DNA from: a virus
Taxonomy: Duplodnaviria > Caudoviricetes
Virus record (IMG/VR): IMGVR_UViG_3300014656_000085
Coordinates: 1 to 33,460 of that record
DNA length: 33,460 nucleotides
Reading direction: 5' to 3' (one strand)
Position numbers and translations under genes: made by a program. Under the pieces are notes generated by a model that saw only the letters and a program-made list of their open reading frames with translations, ran no database searches and was not told where the DNA came from. Below, piece by piece: positions 1 through 8,235 of the stretch; positions within the stretch are counted from its first letter, which is position 1, and each line of letters opens with the position of its first letter.

Positions 1-1122
1 AAAATAGCATTAAGAACGAAAACGGGAAACATAGCAGTTGGAAAATCAGGATTAAAAGGATTAGCGGAGCAAGAGGAAGAACCAGCAGTGCACCAGTGCC
101 CCGAAGGGGAACATTGGAGTGAAGAGCAAGGTAAATGCGTGGCTAACATCGCAGCAGAACAGGAACATGAATGCCCAGAGGGCGAACACTGGGACGAAAC
201 AGAACAGAAATGTGTAACCAATGTGACGGAACAAGAAGAGCATAAATGTCCTGAAGGCGAACATTGGAGCGAACAGGAAGGCAAATGCGTGAAGAACGCG
301 GCTGAAACGCCACCTGAAACAACAGAGCTTCTCAAAGATAAACTAAAGCCATTTAAGGTTTCGGAGACAGCGCCTAAACTGAAGCTTGGAGAACCATTCG
401 CGGGCTACGACAACTTTGAGGATTGCGTGGCTAAGAATCAGGAGAAGGAGAATCCTGAAGCTTATTGCGGAACAATAAAGAAGCAGGCGGAGGGCGAGAT
501 GCTTGTGCAAACGAAGACAGCGGAGAAACTTAACGAGGTTGTTAATGCGTTAAATAACATGCGGATTCCAAAAGATGATGCTTCATGGAAGATGAAAGTG
601 GCGAAAATTGAGTCTCAAGTTAAAACGTTAACAGAGTCGATAAAAGCTCTGCCGCTAAACAAGTTGCAGGTAGCAGATAGCAAACTTAGCAAGAGGATAG
701 ATACAATTAAGTCCTACGATGACAAACCCCTAATGGAAAAAATAGACGCGATTAAACCGTATGATGACACAGAAGTTAAGCAGAAACTTGACGAGGTAAC
801 CACAAAAATACCTAAACTTGAAGAGACTATTGCCCAGCAGAAAAAGGACTTTGACAACCTGCTAGGATCCGCGGACGAAAGCGTTAAGGAATACTTCGAA
901 GCGAACAAAAAGGAAATGCAGGAGAAAGACGTTAAAATCAAGGAGTTAGAGCAGAAACTTTCGGACGCGGAAAAACAAAAGTTGCAGGAAACAGAAAAAC
1001 TTGAAACTCGCGTTGAAAACCTTGAAGATAAGCTTCAGCCACAGTTTAAGAGCATAGCGCAGAAAGCCCAAGCGGAAAAGAAGCAGTCGCCTGACCTATC
1101 GTATAAGCCAGGAGGCAAATAA
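1..1122 (+). CDS. C-terminal part of prohead protease/scaffold protein (5'-truncated by window)
   Basis: Frame is open from base 1 (KIALRTKTG...). It has three Cys-pair repeats, a PFAGYDNFEDCV..NPEAYC motif and a long K/E coiled coil with YDD repeats. It lies directly upstream of the capsid gene, and a protease N-terminus starts at 33284. Confidence 0.7.
   Translation, partial: KIALRTKTGNIAVGKSGLKGLAEQEEEPAVHQCPEGEHWSEEQGKCVANIAAEQEHECPEGEHWDETEQKCVTNVTEQEEHKCPEGEHWSEQEGKCVKNAAETPPETTELLKDKLKPFKVSETAPKLKLGEPFAGYDNFEDCVAKNQEKENPEAYCGTIKKQAEGEMLVQTKTAEKLNEVVNALNNMRIPKDDASWKMKVAKIESQVKTLTESIKALPLNKLQVADSKLSKRIDTIKSYDDKPLMEKIDAIKPYDDTEVKQKLDEVTTKIPKLEETIAQQKKDFDNLLGSADESVKEYFEANKKEMQEKDVKIKELEQKLSDAEKQKLQETEKLETRVENLEDKLQPQFKSIAQKAQAEKKQSPDLSYKPGGK
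91..291 (+). repeat. 3 x 75-nt coding repeat, HxCPEGEHWxExxxKCV
   Basis: Units start at 91, 166 and 241 (25-aa period) with diverged codons. Confidence 0.95.
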
Positions 1123-1124
1123 AC

Positions 1125-2162
1125 ATGTTAAGCATACAGGAAATCACAGAAAAATATGCTAACAACCTTCGAAGCATACGACGCGCAATGGATAAGTCAG
1201 CAATATTTCATCCTGAAGACGCCAGCATTTACACGGGCTTAAACCCACTGGAAGCGCAGAGTATCCGCGAAACGTTACGGGCAATTCCATATAATAAACT
1301 TGCAGAGTTCTTAGGCAAAGGTACAACGCTTGGCGACTATCTAGCTGCAAATAAAGTGTATGATGACTTAGTATTTTACAGTCAAGAAACCGACATTTGC
1401 CCTTTGATAAGCGCGCAAGTCGTGAATGGATGGCAGGGCTCAGACCTCATCGTAACCATAGGCGACGACGGAAGCTACGTTGCCAACGAAGTCGTTTCAG
1501 GCGCAATTAGCCCCACGGAAACTATAGGCGTCGAAAAAGCTACGCTGTCACCAATCGCTTTTAATCTCGCGTCGATTATCGGCATGGACTTAGAAGAGGA
1601 CACAGGCTTCGCTTTGACAGATTGGCATGTGAAGAACGCGGCGAAGGCAGTAGGCAGAAAAGCGTCAAGTCTCGCCTTAAATGTTCTTTGGAATGCGCCT
1701 GACGGCGTAGGCACAGTGAACGGTTCAGCCACAGGCAATGCGGGTGCAACAAAATGGACAGGGGGCACAACTGCGGATGTGGAAGACGCTATCGCTGGAA
1801 ACGCTGCTGACAACTGGAAATCCAAAACCATCGTAACTTCGGTGACAAGTTGGCTAGACGCAATTTACAGCACTATCCCAACGGGCACAGCGTTTCTCGA
1901 GCCAAAAACAGGTTTCGACTATAATGTGGCTGGGCAAGACGTATTACTATGGGTGCCTGAAAGCGACATCACCAACGCCTCAAGCAAACTGTTGACAATC
2001 GTTTTTGACCGCAAGAACGCCATGTTGACAGGACGGAAACGGTGGATGCAACTTGAAAACTACGCTGACCCAGTGAAGGATTTGGCTGGCGCCGTTGTGA
2101 GTTGCCGCCAAGATTCAGTGACGCTGTACAAAGATTCAATCTACGTACTCTCGGAAACGTAA
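1125..2162 (+). CDS. Major capsid protein 1 (HK97 fold)
   Basis: 345 aa, follows the scaffold. The E-loop-like EVVSGA..PT, the spine-helix-like DLEEDT..L..WHVKNAAKAVGRK and the C-terminal GRKRW..ENY..PVKD..GAV...RQD all fit HK97 MCPs. Confidence 0.85.
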   Translation: MLSIQEITEKYANNLRSIRRAMDKSAIFHPEDASIYTGLNPLEAQSIRETLRAIPYNKLAEFLGKGTTLGDYLAANKVYDDLVFYSQETDICPLISAQVVNGWQGSDLIVTIGDDGSYVANEVVSGAISPTETIGVEKATLSPIAFNLASIIGMDLEEDTGFALTDWHVKNAAKAVGRKASSLALNVLWNAPDGVGTVNGSATGNAGATKWTGGTTADVEDAIAGNAADNWKSKTIVTSVTSWLDAIYSTIPTGTAFLEPKTGFDYNVAGQDVLLWVPESDITNASSKLLTIVFDRKNAMLTGRKRWMQLENYADPVKDLAGAVVSCRQDSVTLYKDSIYVLSET

Positions 2163-2170
2163 CACTATAC

Positions 2171-2184
2171 AAAAGACTATAATA
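2171..2184 (+). promoter_or_regulatory. Putative archaeal BRE/TATA for the HNH gene
   Basis: AAAAGACTATAATA ends about 25 nt before ATG 2209, which is leaderless-type spacing. Confidence 0.4.
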
Positions 2185-2208
2185 CTTGTTTTAGTGTTAT
2201 GTTATCTT

Positions 2209-2790
2209 ATGCAGAAACAATGTCCAAAATGCCAACAAATAAAAGACTTAACCGAGTTTGCTCTTGACAAAACCAAAAAACTTGGACGACATAGTTATTG
2301 CCGACCATGTGCAAATGAGAAAACTAAACAGTGGCGTGCAAAAATTCTTGCTATAAACCCTCAATATTATAGAGACCTTTACCGAACTAATCCGCAAAAA
2401 GCCAAAGAATGTGTCAAACGTTATCGAGACAGAAATAAAGAAAGACTCAATCGCCAAAAACGAGAACGTTATAAATTAAATCCTGAAATTGAACACCAAA
2501 GTTATTTGCGATGGTATAGCAAACACAAAGAAGAGCGCAGAATCAATCGATACTTGTATGGATATACATGGTATGGACGCAAACAACCTCGCCCTATGAG
2601 TGGATTTCTGAAAACACAAGGTATCTGCCTATTCTGTGGCGAACTTAACCCACTTCTACTTCAGAATGCGCATATCTTTCCAAAGGATCACGATTTACTG
2701 ATTTCGCTCTGTGCAAATTGCCATTATTTGCTTGATCATTACCCGACAGCTTTAGAAACTAACGCGATTTACGTGCTGAGCGAAACCTAA
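2209..2790 (+). CDS. HNH (homing-type) endonuclease with N-terminal Zn finger
   Basis: N-terminal CPKC...YCRPC, a basic helical middle, and C-terminal CLFCG...AHI...LCANCH. It looks AT-richer than its flanks. Start taken at ATG 2209. Confidence 0.8.
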   Translation: MQKQCPKCQQIKDLTEFALDKTKKLGRHSYCRPCANEKTKQWRAKILAINPQYYRDLYRTNPQKAKECVKRYRDRNKERLNRQKRERYKLNPEIEHQSYLRWYSKHKEERRINRYLYGYTWYGRKQPRPMSGFLKTQGICLFCGELNPLLLQNAHIFPKDHDLLISLCANCHYLLDHYPTALETNAIYVLSET

Positions 2791-2792
2791 AC

Positions 2793-2806
2793 GCTTCCCC
2801 CTTTTT
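2793..2806 (+). terminator. Putative pyrimidine/oligo-T terminator
   Basis: GCTTCCCCCTTTTT directly after the stop; a similar tract follows MCP2. Confidence 0.4.
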
Positions 2807-2916
2807 CCATGTTTCAGTTTCCATGTTTCTTAATTTATTCATTATTTCACGGTGACTTAGTTCACTCTCCCTAGCGGGAGAAACAAAAAAAACAAACCAA
2901 TAGGAGATGAACAAAC

Positions 2917-3363
2917 ATGACAGATTACTATCCACAGGAAGAAGGCGCAATATTCGACGCAAACAGCTACATACTACCATGCTACCCTGAAGCTACAATC
3001 ATCGAGATGAGTAGTGTCACGCTTAACGCAAGCTCTGTCGCAGGCAGAATCGAAGTTGCAGTATCCGCCACGTTCGGCGACGGCATAGGCATCGCCCTTA
3101 AAGCAGCGACAAGCGCTGGTGTTCCAACGCGGATACCCGTGCTGTTCTACGGTGCAGCAAAAGTTACGTTTGACTGCACAGGCACCACGCCCACCATGGG
3201 CAAATTCTGCTTCAACAGCATAACCACAACTTTTGCGCAGGGCAACGCAGTCTACGGCAGTTTAGCAGTTGGCGGCGGAAGCAGCTACGTTATGGGCATG
3301 ATTCTGCAGACGCTTGCAAGTGGAGACGACGAAGGCTTAATCCTAGTTGGCAAAACCAGCTAA
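2917..3363 (+). CDS. Capsid cement/decoration protein (DUF2190-like)
   Basis: 148 aa, Gly/Ala-rich beta protein with GIGIALKAA...IPVLFYG.AKV. GGAGA RBS; directly upstream of MCP2. Confidence 0.6.
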   Translation: MTDYYPQEEGAIFDANSYILPCYPEATIIEMSSVTLNASSVAGRIEVAVSATFGDGIGIALKAATSAGVPTRIPVLFYGAAKVTFDCTGTTPTMGKFCFNSITTTFAQGNAVYGSLAVGGGSSYVMGMILQTLASGDDEGLILVGKTS

Positions 3364-3378
3364 AGGAGCTGAGCAACC

Positions 3379-4536
3379 ATGGAACTCAAAGAAACTATGC
3401 CTCTGCAGGAAATCGCAGAGAAAATCAACTATAAAGACGAGAACCGAACGCCGAGCCCAGCTAACGTGATAATGGAGCAACTGAACCACAGGCACTTTGA
3501 CCCCTACGAGTTCGATGCGATAGCTGCATGGCAAAACATTCCACGAGACGACAGAGACAAATTCTTCAACACCGTTCGCTCAATTCCGCTTGCAGACATG
3601 CTTCGTGCAACTAACCCGCGAACCGCCAGTCAAGTGAGCCCGCACCTGAAAGAGTTCCTTGCAAGCAGCGGCACAAGTGGCATCGCAGGCGCATACTACC
3701 TAATCCCAGTTAAACTGTGGGATCAGATGCAAACGGAAGCAGTGCAAACAGACATCACCGCCGCAATCAGCAAGCAGCTTCTTGGTCCAGAGAGCATACC
3801 GGGCACCACCATGAAAGTTGACATAGCAGTTGACGGGCAATACATATTCAACGATTCCACCAGCGGCGCTATAGCACCAACAGAAACGATACAAACCACA
3901 CAGGCAACATTGGACTTTAGCCCTGTGTACACGATTAACTTCCGCATCGGCAACGACTTGCTTGAGGATTCACTGTTTGACCTTGTCAGCTTGCATGTGA
4001 GTGAGGCTGGTAGGCAGGCAGGCGAGAAAGCGAGTACGCTTGCGGCGACGGTTTTGTACACGGCAACTGACGGCGACGGCACAGCCAACCAGATAACAAG
4101 CGACCAAGCCTACACGGAATGGGCAACAGATGGATCGCACGCTATTGAAGACGCGTTAAACCTGAACATAGTAGACGGCTACGTATCCGACACTCTATTG
4201 CTAACTCACAAAGCGTTCCTGTACAACCTTAAAGGAACTACAGGTGCACAATACGCTGAAGCAAGCGTCAACGACAGCTGGATCACAGGCGGATACCCAA
4301 CTCAACTGGGCGGAATGAACATCGTTTGGAGCGACATCGACTACTTGAATGCGGCAGCCGCAAAAGCAGTCGTGTTCACCAAAGAATACGCGTTGCTCTC
4401 TGGTCGCAAGCGGTGGCTTAGAATCGAGAACTACAGCGAACCAGTCAAAGACTTAACAGGCGCCGTAATCAGCTTCCGACAGGACAGCATCACGCTGTAC
4501 AACGACGCGATTGCGCCGTATGTGGAAGGCAGTTAA
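3379..4536 (+). CDS. Major capsid protein 2 (HK97 fold), paralog of MCP1
   Basis: 385 aa with AGAYYLIP, DLLEDSLFDL and GRKRWLRIENYSEPVKDLTGAVISFRQDS, which align with MCP1. GGAG RBS. Confidence 0.88.
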   Translation: MELKETMPLQEIAEKINYKDENRTPSPANVIMEQLNHRHFDPYEFDAIAAWQNIPRDDRDKFFNTVRSIPLADMLRATNPRTASQVSPHLKEFLASSGTSGIAGAYYLIPVKLWDQMQTEAVQTDITAAISKQLLGPESIPGTTMKVDIAVDGQYIFNDSTSGAIAPTETIQTTQATLDFSPVYTINFRIGNDLLEDSLFDLVSLHVSEAGRQAGEKASTLAATVLYTATDGDGTANQITSDQAYTEWATDGSHAIEDALNLNIVDGYVSDTLLLTHKAFLYNLKGTTGAQYAEASVNDSWITGGYPTQLGGMNIVWSDIDYLNAAAAKAVVFTKEYALLSGRKRWLRIENYSEPVKDLTGAVISFRQDSITLYNDAIAPYVEGS

Positions 4537-4560
4537 AAACGCTTAACCATAATCAGTCTA

Positions 4561-4576
4561 TTCTTCCCCTTTTTTT
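4561..4576 (+). terminator. Putative oligo-T terminator after MCP2
   Basis: TTCTTCCCCTTTTTTT about 25 nt after the stop. Confidence 0.5.
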
Positions 4577-4607
4577 AGTCAAATAGGCTAGGGTAAAAGT
4601 GAAAAAT

Positions 4608-4763
4608 ATGCCATACAAAAATAAAGAAGATAAAGCCGCACAAATGCGAAGATATAGAGAACGCCATAAAACTACAGTTAAAGTTACAAAGAATCGCCTC
4701 GCTTTTCTTGAAGCTGAAATTAAACGTCTTCAAAAATGTCTTGAGGTTGCGCTTTCCAAATGA
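4608..4763 (+). CDS. Small basic protein (51 aa, MPYKNKEDKAAQMRRYRERH...)
   Basis: Hand-translated ORF below the track cutoff; ATGA overlap with the next gene. Confidence 0.6.
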   Translation: MPYKNKEDKAAQMRRYRERHKTTVKVTKNRLAFLEAEIKRLQKCLEVALSK

Positions 4764-5101
4764 GTCTCAGAATCAAATGTCCACGATGCGGCAAATACTT
4801 AACCGCCCACCAAGGCGATTCAGACGTGGAGTGCAACTGTCACACCTACTGTCCATTAGGTGATAAGCCAAGCGACTGTTCCATATCGGCGGTTTCAGGA
4901 GATTTCCGCTATAACTGGCCCAAGGGCGTGCATGGCGACAGAAGCGACGACGGCGACAACGAGCATTCGGTTACGCAGTATTGCAGCGTTCACGATTACT
5001 ATTTTAGCAGGGCGGAAGTGGTTGTTCCCGTTGACTGGAGTAAGTTAAACCAGCGTGCGGGCAAGCGTGAAAGATATTTTGGCGGAGGTGTAACTGCTTG
5101 A
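4760..5101 (+). CDS. Cys/His-rich putative Zn-binding protein
   Basis: CPRCG...CNCH.YC...C...YCSVH; overlaps its neighbours by 4 nt. Confidence 0.65.
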   Translation: MSLRIKCPRCGKYLTAHQGDSDVECNCHTYCPLGDKPSDCSISAVSGDFRYNWPKGVHGDRSDDGDNEHSVTQYCSVHDYYFSRAEVVVPVDWSKLNQRAGKRERYFGGGVTA

Positions 5102-5358
5102 GATGGATTAAGAAATTGAAGAAGCAGTATGTAGCGAAGAAGCAGCAGCGCCACGACCAGAAAGTGCTGAATAAGTATCGCACGGCAGGATTGGCATCTC
5201 AATGCATGAACTGTAAACATCTTGTTTATCGTGAGGAGAAGCCGCGGAACTGGGTATGCCGTTGCCCCGACGAGAAGCTGCGTTTCATAGGTAACACGTG
5301 TTTAGGCTTCGAGTTTGGCGACCATCCTAAGATGACTGTTATTTTTTCAAAGAGGTGA
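5098..5358 (+). CDS. Hypothetical Cys-rich basic protein
   Basis: CMNCKH...CRC...C; GGAGGTG RBS. Confidence 0.6.
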   Translation: MRWIKKLKKQYVAKKQQRHDQKVLNKYRTAGLASQCMNCKHLVYREEKPRNWVCRCPDEKLRFIGNTCLGFEFGDHPKMTVIFSKR

Positions 5359-5362
5359 TAAA

Positions 5363-5584
5363 TTGGCAAGAAAAAAGAAAATAGTAGTAGAGGAGCCAGA
5401 AGCAGAAGAGAACATGCAAGAAGTAGTTGCTGAAAGCGAATTAGTAAAGGTAGAGGAAAAGCCTCAATACGAAGTGTTGCGCGATGTGCTATTGAAGTTG
5501 ATTGAGGAAGCACCTGAATCTGGAAAAGTGACACCTTGGAACTACAGCGACTGGCTAAGTAGGTTGCGCGGTGTCTTACGTTGA
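5363..5584 (+). CDS. Hypothetical acidic protein
   Basis: GAGGTGA RBS before TTG; coupled to the next ORF. Confidence 0.65.
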   Translation: MARKKKIVVEEPEAEENMQEVVAESELVKVEEKPQYEVLRDVLLKLIEEAPESGKVTPWNYSDWLSRLRGVLR

Positions 5585-5925
5585 AAGCTCCGTGGCGATG
5601 GGGACGTGGCGACCGTCTGCGTTTTCCGCCTGCCCCTTGCAACTGGCTGTGCCAGCGTCTCGACATTAAACGGTTTCATTTGACGTGTTTAACGTGTTTT
5701 CTGAGGCGGTTTGCCTTTCGAAAGTATAGAAGCAAGAATTTGCGGGAGTACCCTGTTTTCATGACGTTAATGCAGCATCCGCGAGGCAGACTGCTTATAC
5801 TCCCTGACTATTACATCGCATACAGCATCATTTGCCCCACAGACGAGCGGGGCTTGGTGAACCCGTTGAAAGCGGGAGTAATCAAGGTTTTAATGACGAT
5901 TGCAGAGAGAATCGCAGAATGGTGA
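5581..5925 (+). CDS. Hypothetical protein
   Basis: In-operon ORF with a 4-nt overlap; CxxxC and CxxC motifs. Confidence 0.55.
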   Translation: MKAPWRWGRGDRLRFPPAPCNWLCQRLDIKRFHLTCLTCFLRRFAFRKYRSKNLREYPVFMTLMQHPRGRLLILPDYYIAYSIICPTDERGLVNPLKAGVIKVLMTIAERIAEW

Positions 5926-6557
5926 ATCTTAAACAAAAAACAGTTGGGTTTAGACATAAACTCGCAAAGTTTCCCATGCGATTGTTAGCGCCGAAATTGC
6001 TTAAAAACTTCAACGAATGGATTATGGAACACGCTTTAATCAATAGTGTACCCCGTCCTATGACGCGGTTTCTAAAGCACCATTTCAATGGCAAAAGTAT
6101 TGTCGGCGTAGAAATCGGCTTAGGCTGTGGCGTCAACGCTTCATCATTGCTTTTAGAGCTTAACCTATCACGGTTGTACAGTGTAGAATTAGGCTTGCCG
6201 TACACACAGAATGGGGTAGAAATCAATTTTTTCGCCACACAATTCAATAATACCATACAGAAATTCCAGTCATACCCGCAATTCAAGCTTTTATTAGGCG
6301 ATAGCGTAAAAATGGCAACCTTAATCCATGAACCTCTTGATTTCGTGTATATCGATGGCAATCATGAGCGCAATCGTGTTTTGCAAGATTTCTGGGCGTA
6401 CTATCCGCTTGTGAAAGAAGGCGGCGTCATCGGCGGGCACGACATGACCAACCACAATTTTGGCGTGGTGGAGGCGCTTATGGAAATCTGCATGAAGCTG
6501 GGTTGCGTGCCCTGCGCGGATATTCCTGATTGGTGGTTTATTAAGAAAGGAAAGTGA
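5919..6557 (+). CDS. Class I SAM-dependent methyltransferase (Methyltransf_24-like)
   Basis: VEIGLGCG motif I, then GDS, DFVYIDGNH and LVKEGGVIGGHD. Start moved to ATG 5919 to reduce the overlap. Confidence 0.85.
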   Translation: MVNLKQKTVGFRHKLAKFPMRLLAPKLLKNFNEWIMEHALINSVPRPMTRFLKHHFNGKSIVGVEIGLGCGVNASSLLLELNLSRLYSVELGLPYTQNGVEINFFATQFNNTIQKFQSYPQFKLLLGDSVKMATLIHEPLDFVYIDGNHERNRVLQDFWAYYPLVKEGGVIGGHDMTNHNFGVVEALMEICMKLGCVPCADIPDWWFIKKGK

Positions 6558-6561
6558 AAGA

Positions 6562-6921
6562 ATGACAAATCAAACTTTGAATGGAGCGTACTTGCAAGCG
6601 CAGTTCAACGACTTAGCTATTTCCGTTACGAACGCGGAAGTGGTTTTGGATTCAGCTATAAACTTGCTTAACGGTTTCGACGCGGAGCTAGACAACCTCG
6701 GTGGCGACGCAGGTAGCAAGTCGGGCACGTACACAAGCAAGCAGACAGGCGCAATCATGGCTGTTGCGTTGCAGATTTACCGCGAGAACTTTAAGCACGC
6801 TGAAGGCGACTCTGGGCAGATTGGCGCTTTAGGGCAAACATTTAGCATAAGCAACCAACTGCTCAGTTTTGCGAGGCAGATGGCGAATCAACTGAAAAGC
6901 GGGGCAATTTACAGGACGTGA
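6562..6921 (+). CDS. Putative head-tail adaptor (HK97 gp6/SPP1 gp15-like)
   Basis: 119-aa helical protein with a S.QIGAL..T hairpin-like segment; positioned after the capsid genes. Confidence 0.55.
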   Translation: MTNQTLNGAYLQAQFNDLAISVTNAEVVLDSAINLLNGFDAELDNLGGDAGSKSGTYTSKQTGAIMAVALQIYRENFKHAEGDSGQIGALGQTFSISNQLLSFARQMANQLKSGAIYRT

Positions 6922-6978
6922 CAGTTTTGGGTAAGCCTAGTTTTGCAGTTATTTTTACGGAAACGGAGAAAATAAGGG

Positions 6979-8220
6979 TTGGCGAACCATCGGAAAGAGC
7001 TTATCCTCATTTGCTTGGCTTCGCTTATCTTCATCGCATTAATTTTTCATGGCAGCTTGCAAGAATATAATGTTGAGACACCCGCGTTAAATATTATGAG
7101 AAATGGAGAAACAAAAATGTTAAATCTCATTTGGACTTGGCGAAGCTTCCATTTAGCAGACCTCTCAGACGGCGATTTAACCGCTTTGCTTGAAACATGG
7201 TTTTACTCCAGCAATTTTAACGCCCTCGCAGTTCCAATAGACGCTTCCGTAAACGTTTCTACGGGAGAAATAAGCTTTTCAAGCGATAGTATAACAGACT
7301 TCAACCGCATATCCTCCTTTGCCGTCTCCGTTGGATTTACAGAGATATACGCAAGTTGCTACATGGGTTATGGCACTCCCAGCGAAATGCCTCTTATTCA
7401 ATATGACTATGTTCGAACAGAATTAATCCATGATATAGAAGCGTTGGTGACTGGGAGCTTAACTAACTGCGCAGGTTGGTGGGATGACCTTGAAATGGAC
7501 TACACGCAAGGAGGCAACGACCAGAACTATCTTGATTATATTTCAGCGTTAACCACGATGCTTCACAGCCACAGCTTGTTTGCAGGCGCGTATATTCTCG
7601 CATCTACGTACCCGTACATGGAAACTGTGCATTTGCCCGCTATACTGCCTAATTTATACACTGACTGCGCTATTTTCGCAACGGATAACCTTACTTACAT
7701 TGACATGGCAAACGACACCGCAGTCTTCAACTGGGTTCCCCATCTGCAAGCCGAGTCAGGTATGGCTAACGAAATCAACTTTTGGGAAAACACGATAATG
7801 CCATCTTACAGCGGTTTACCACATAATCAAGTGGGATTTAGCGTTTGGGCTTACCCGTTTCTGGTTGGTGCAGAATTGACGGCGTGGCAGAACTGGATTG
7901 TTAAAAACGGACAAGTAAGTCTTCCATACTTTACTCCTACAGCAGGCACTTACGGCGCCGCGCAGAACGTGGCAATCGCCTGCGTCACGTCTAGCTCAAC
8001 AGTTTACTATACTGCTGATGGTTCACCGCCAACGATATTGTCAACTGAATACACAGTGCCTATAGCGGTTGCTGTGGACACTACTTTGAAGGCGCTTGCA
8101 GTAAAAGCCGCTTTTGTAGACAGTGAAATTGCCACTGCCATTTACGATATTAACTTGCCGCCTCCTGAGGCAGCGCCAATAATAGTTATTCAAAACGTGA
8201 GTAGAATGATGAGGAATTAA
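6979..8220 (+). CDS. Putative glycoside-hydrolase-like barrel plus C-terminal chitobiase/Fn3-associated (CHB_HEX_C-like) domain
   Basis: The C-terminal P.FTP.AGTY..AQ.V.I......VYYT.DGS.P....EYT.PI......LKA.A is characteristic of that domain. The middle has GWWDDLE. The N-terminus is hydrophobic if the TTG at 6979 is used; ATG 7117 is an alternative start. Confidence 0.6.
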   Translation: MANHRKELILICLASLIFIALIFHGSLQEYNVETPALNIMRNGETKMLNLIWTWRSFHLADLSDGDLTALLETWFYSSNFNALAVPIDASVNVSTGEISFSSDSITDFNRISSFAVSVGFTEIYASCYMGYGTPSEMPLIQYDYVRTELIHDIEALVTGSLTNCAGWWDDLEMDYTQGGNDQNYLDYISALTTMLHSHSLFAGAYILASTYPYMETVHLPAILPNLYTDCAIFATDNLTYIDMANDTAVFNWVPHLQAESGMANEINFWENTIMPSYSGLPHNQVGFSVWAYPFLVGAELTAWQNWIVKNGQVSLPYFTPTAGTYGAAQNVAIACVTSSSTVYYTADGSPPTILSTEYTVPIAVAVDTTLKALAVKAAFVDSEIATAIYDINLPPPEAAPIIVIQNVSRMMRN

Positions 8221-8235
8221 AAAGGAGAAGGAAAA

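Noticed and set aside
2159-2790. HNH region as a self-splicing or BHB intron in MCP1
   Set aside because: MCP1 already has a complete C-terminus and stop before the insert, the second VTLYK copy is out of frame, and I saw no intron core structure.
1125-4536. MCP paralogs or the IYVLSET duplicate as DGR template/variable repeats
   Set aside because: No reverse transcriptase is present, and the differences are synonymous rather than adenine-specific.
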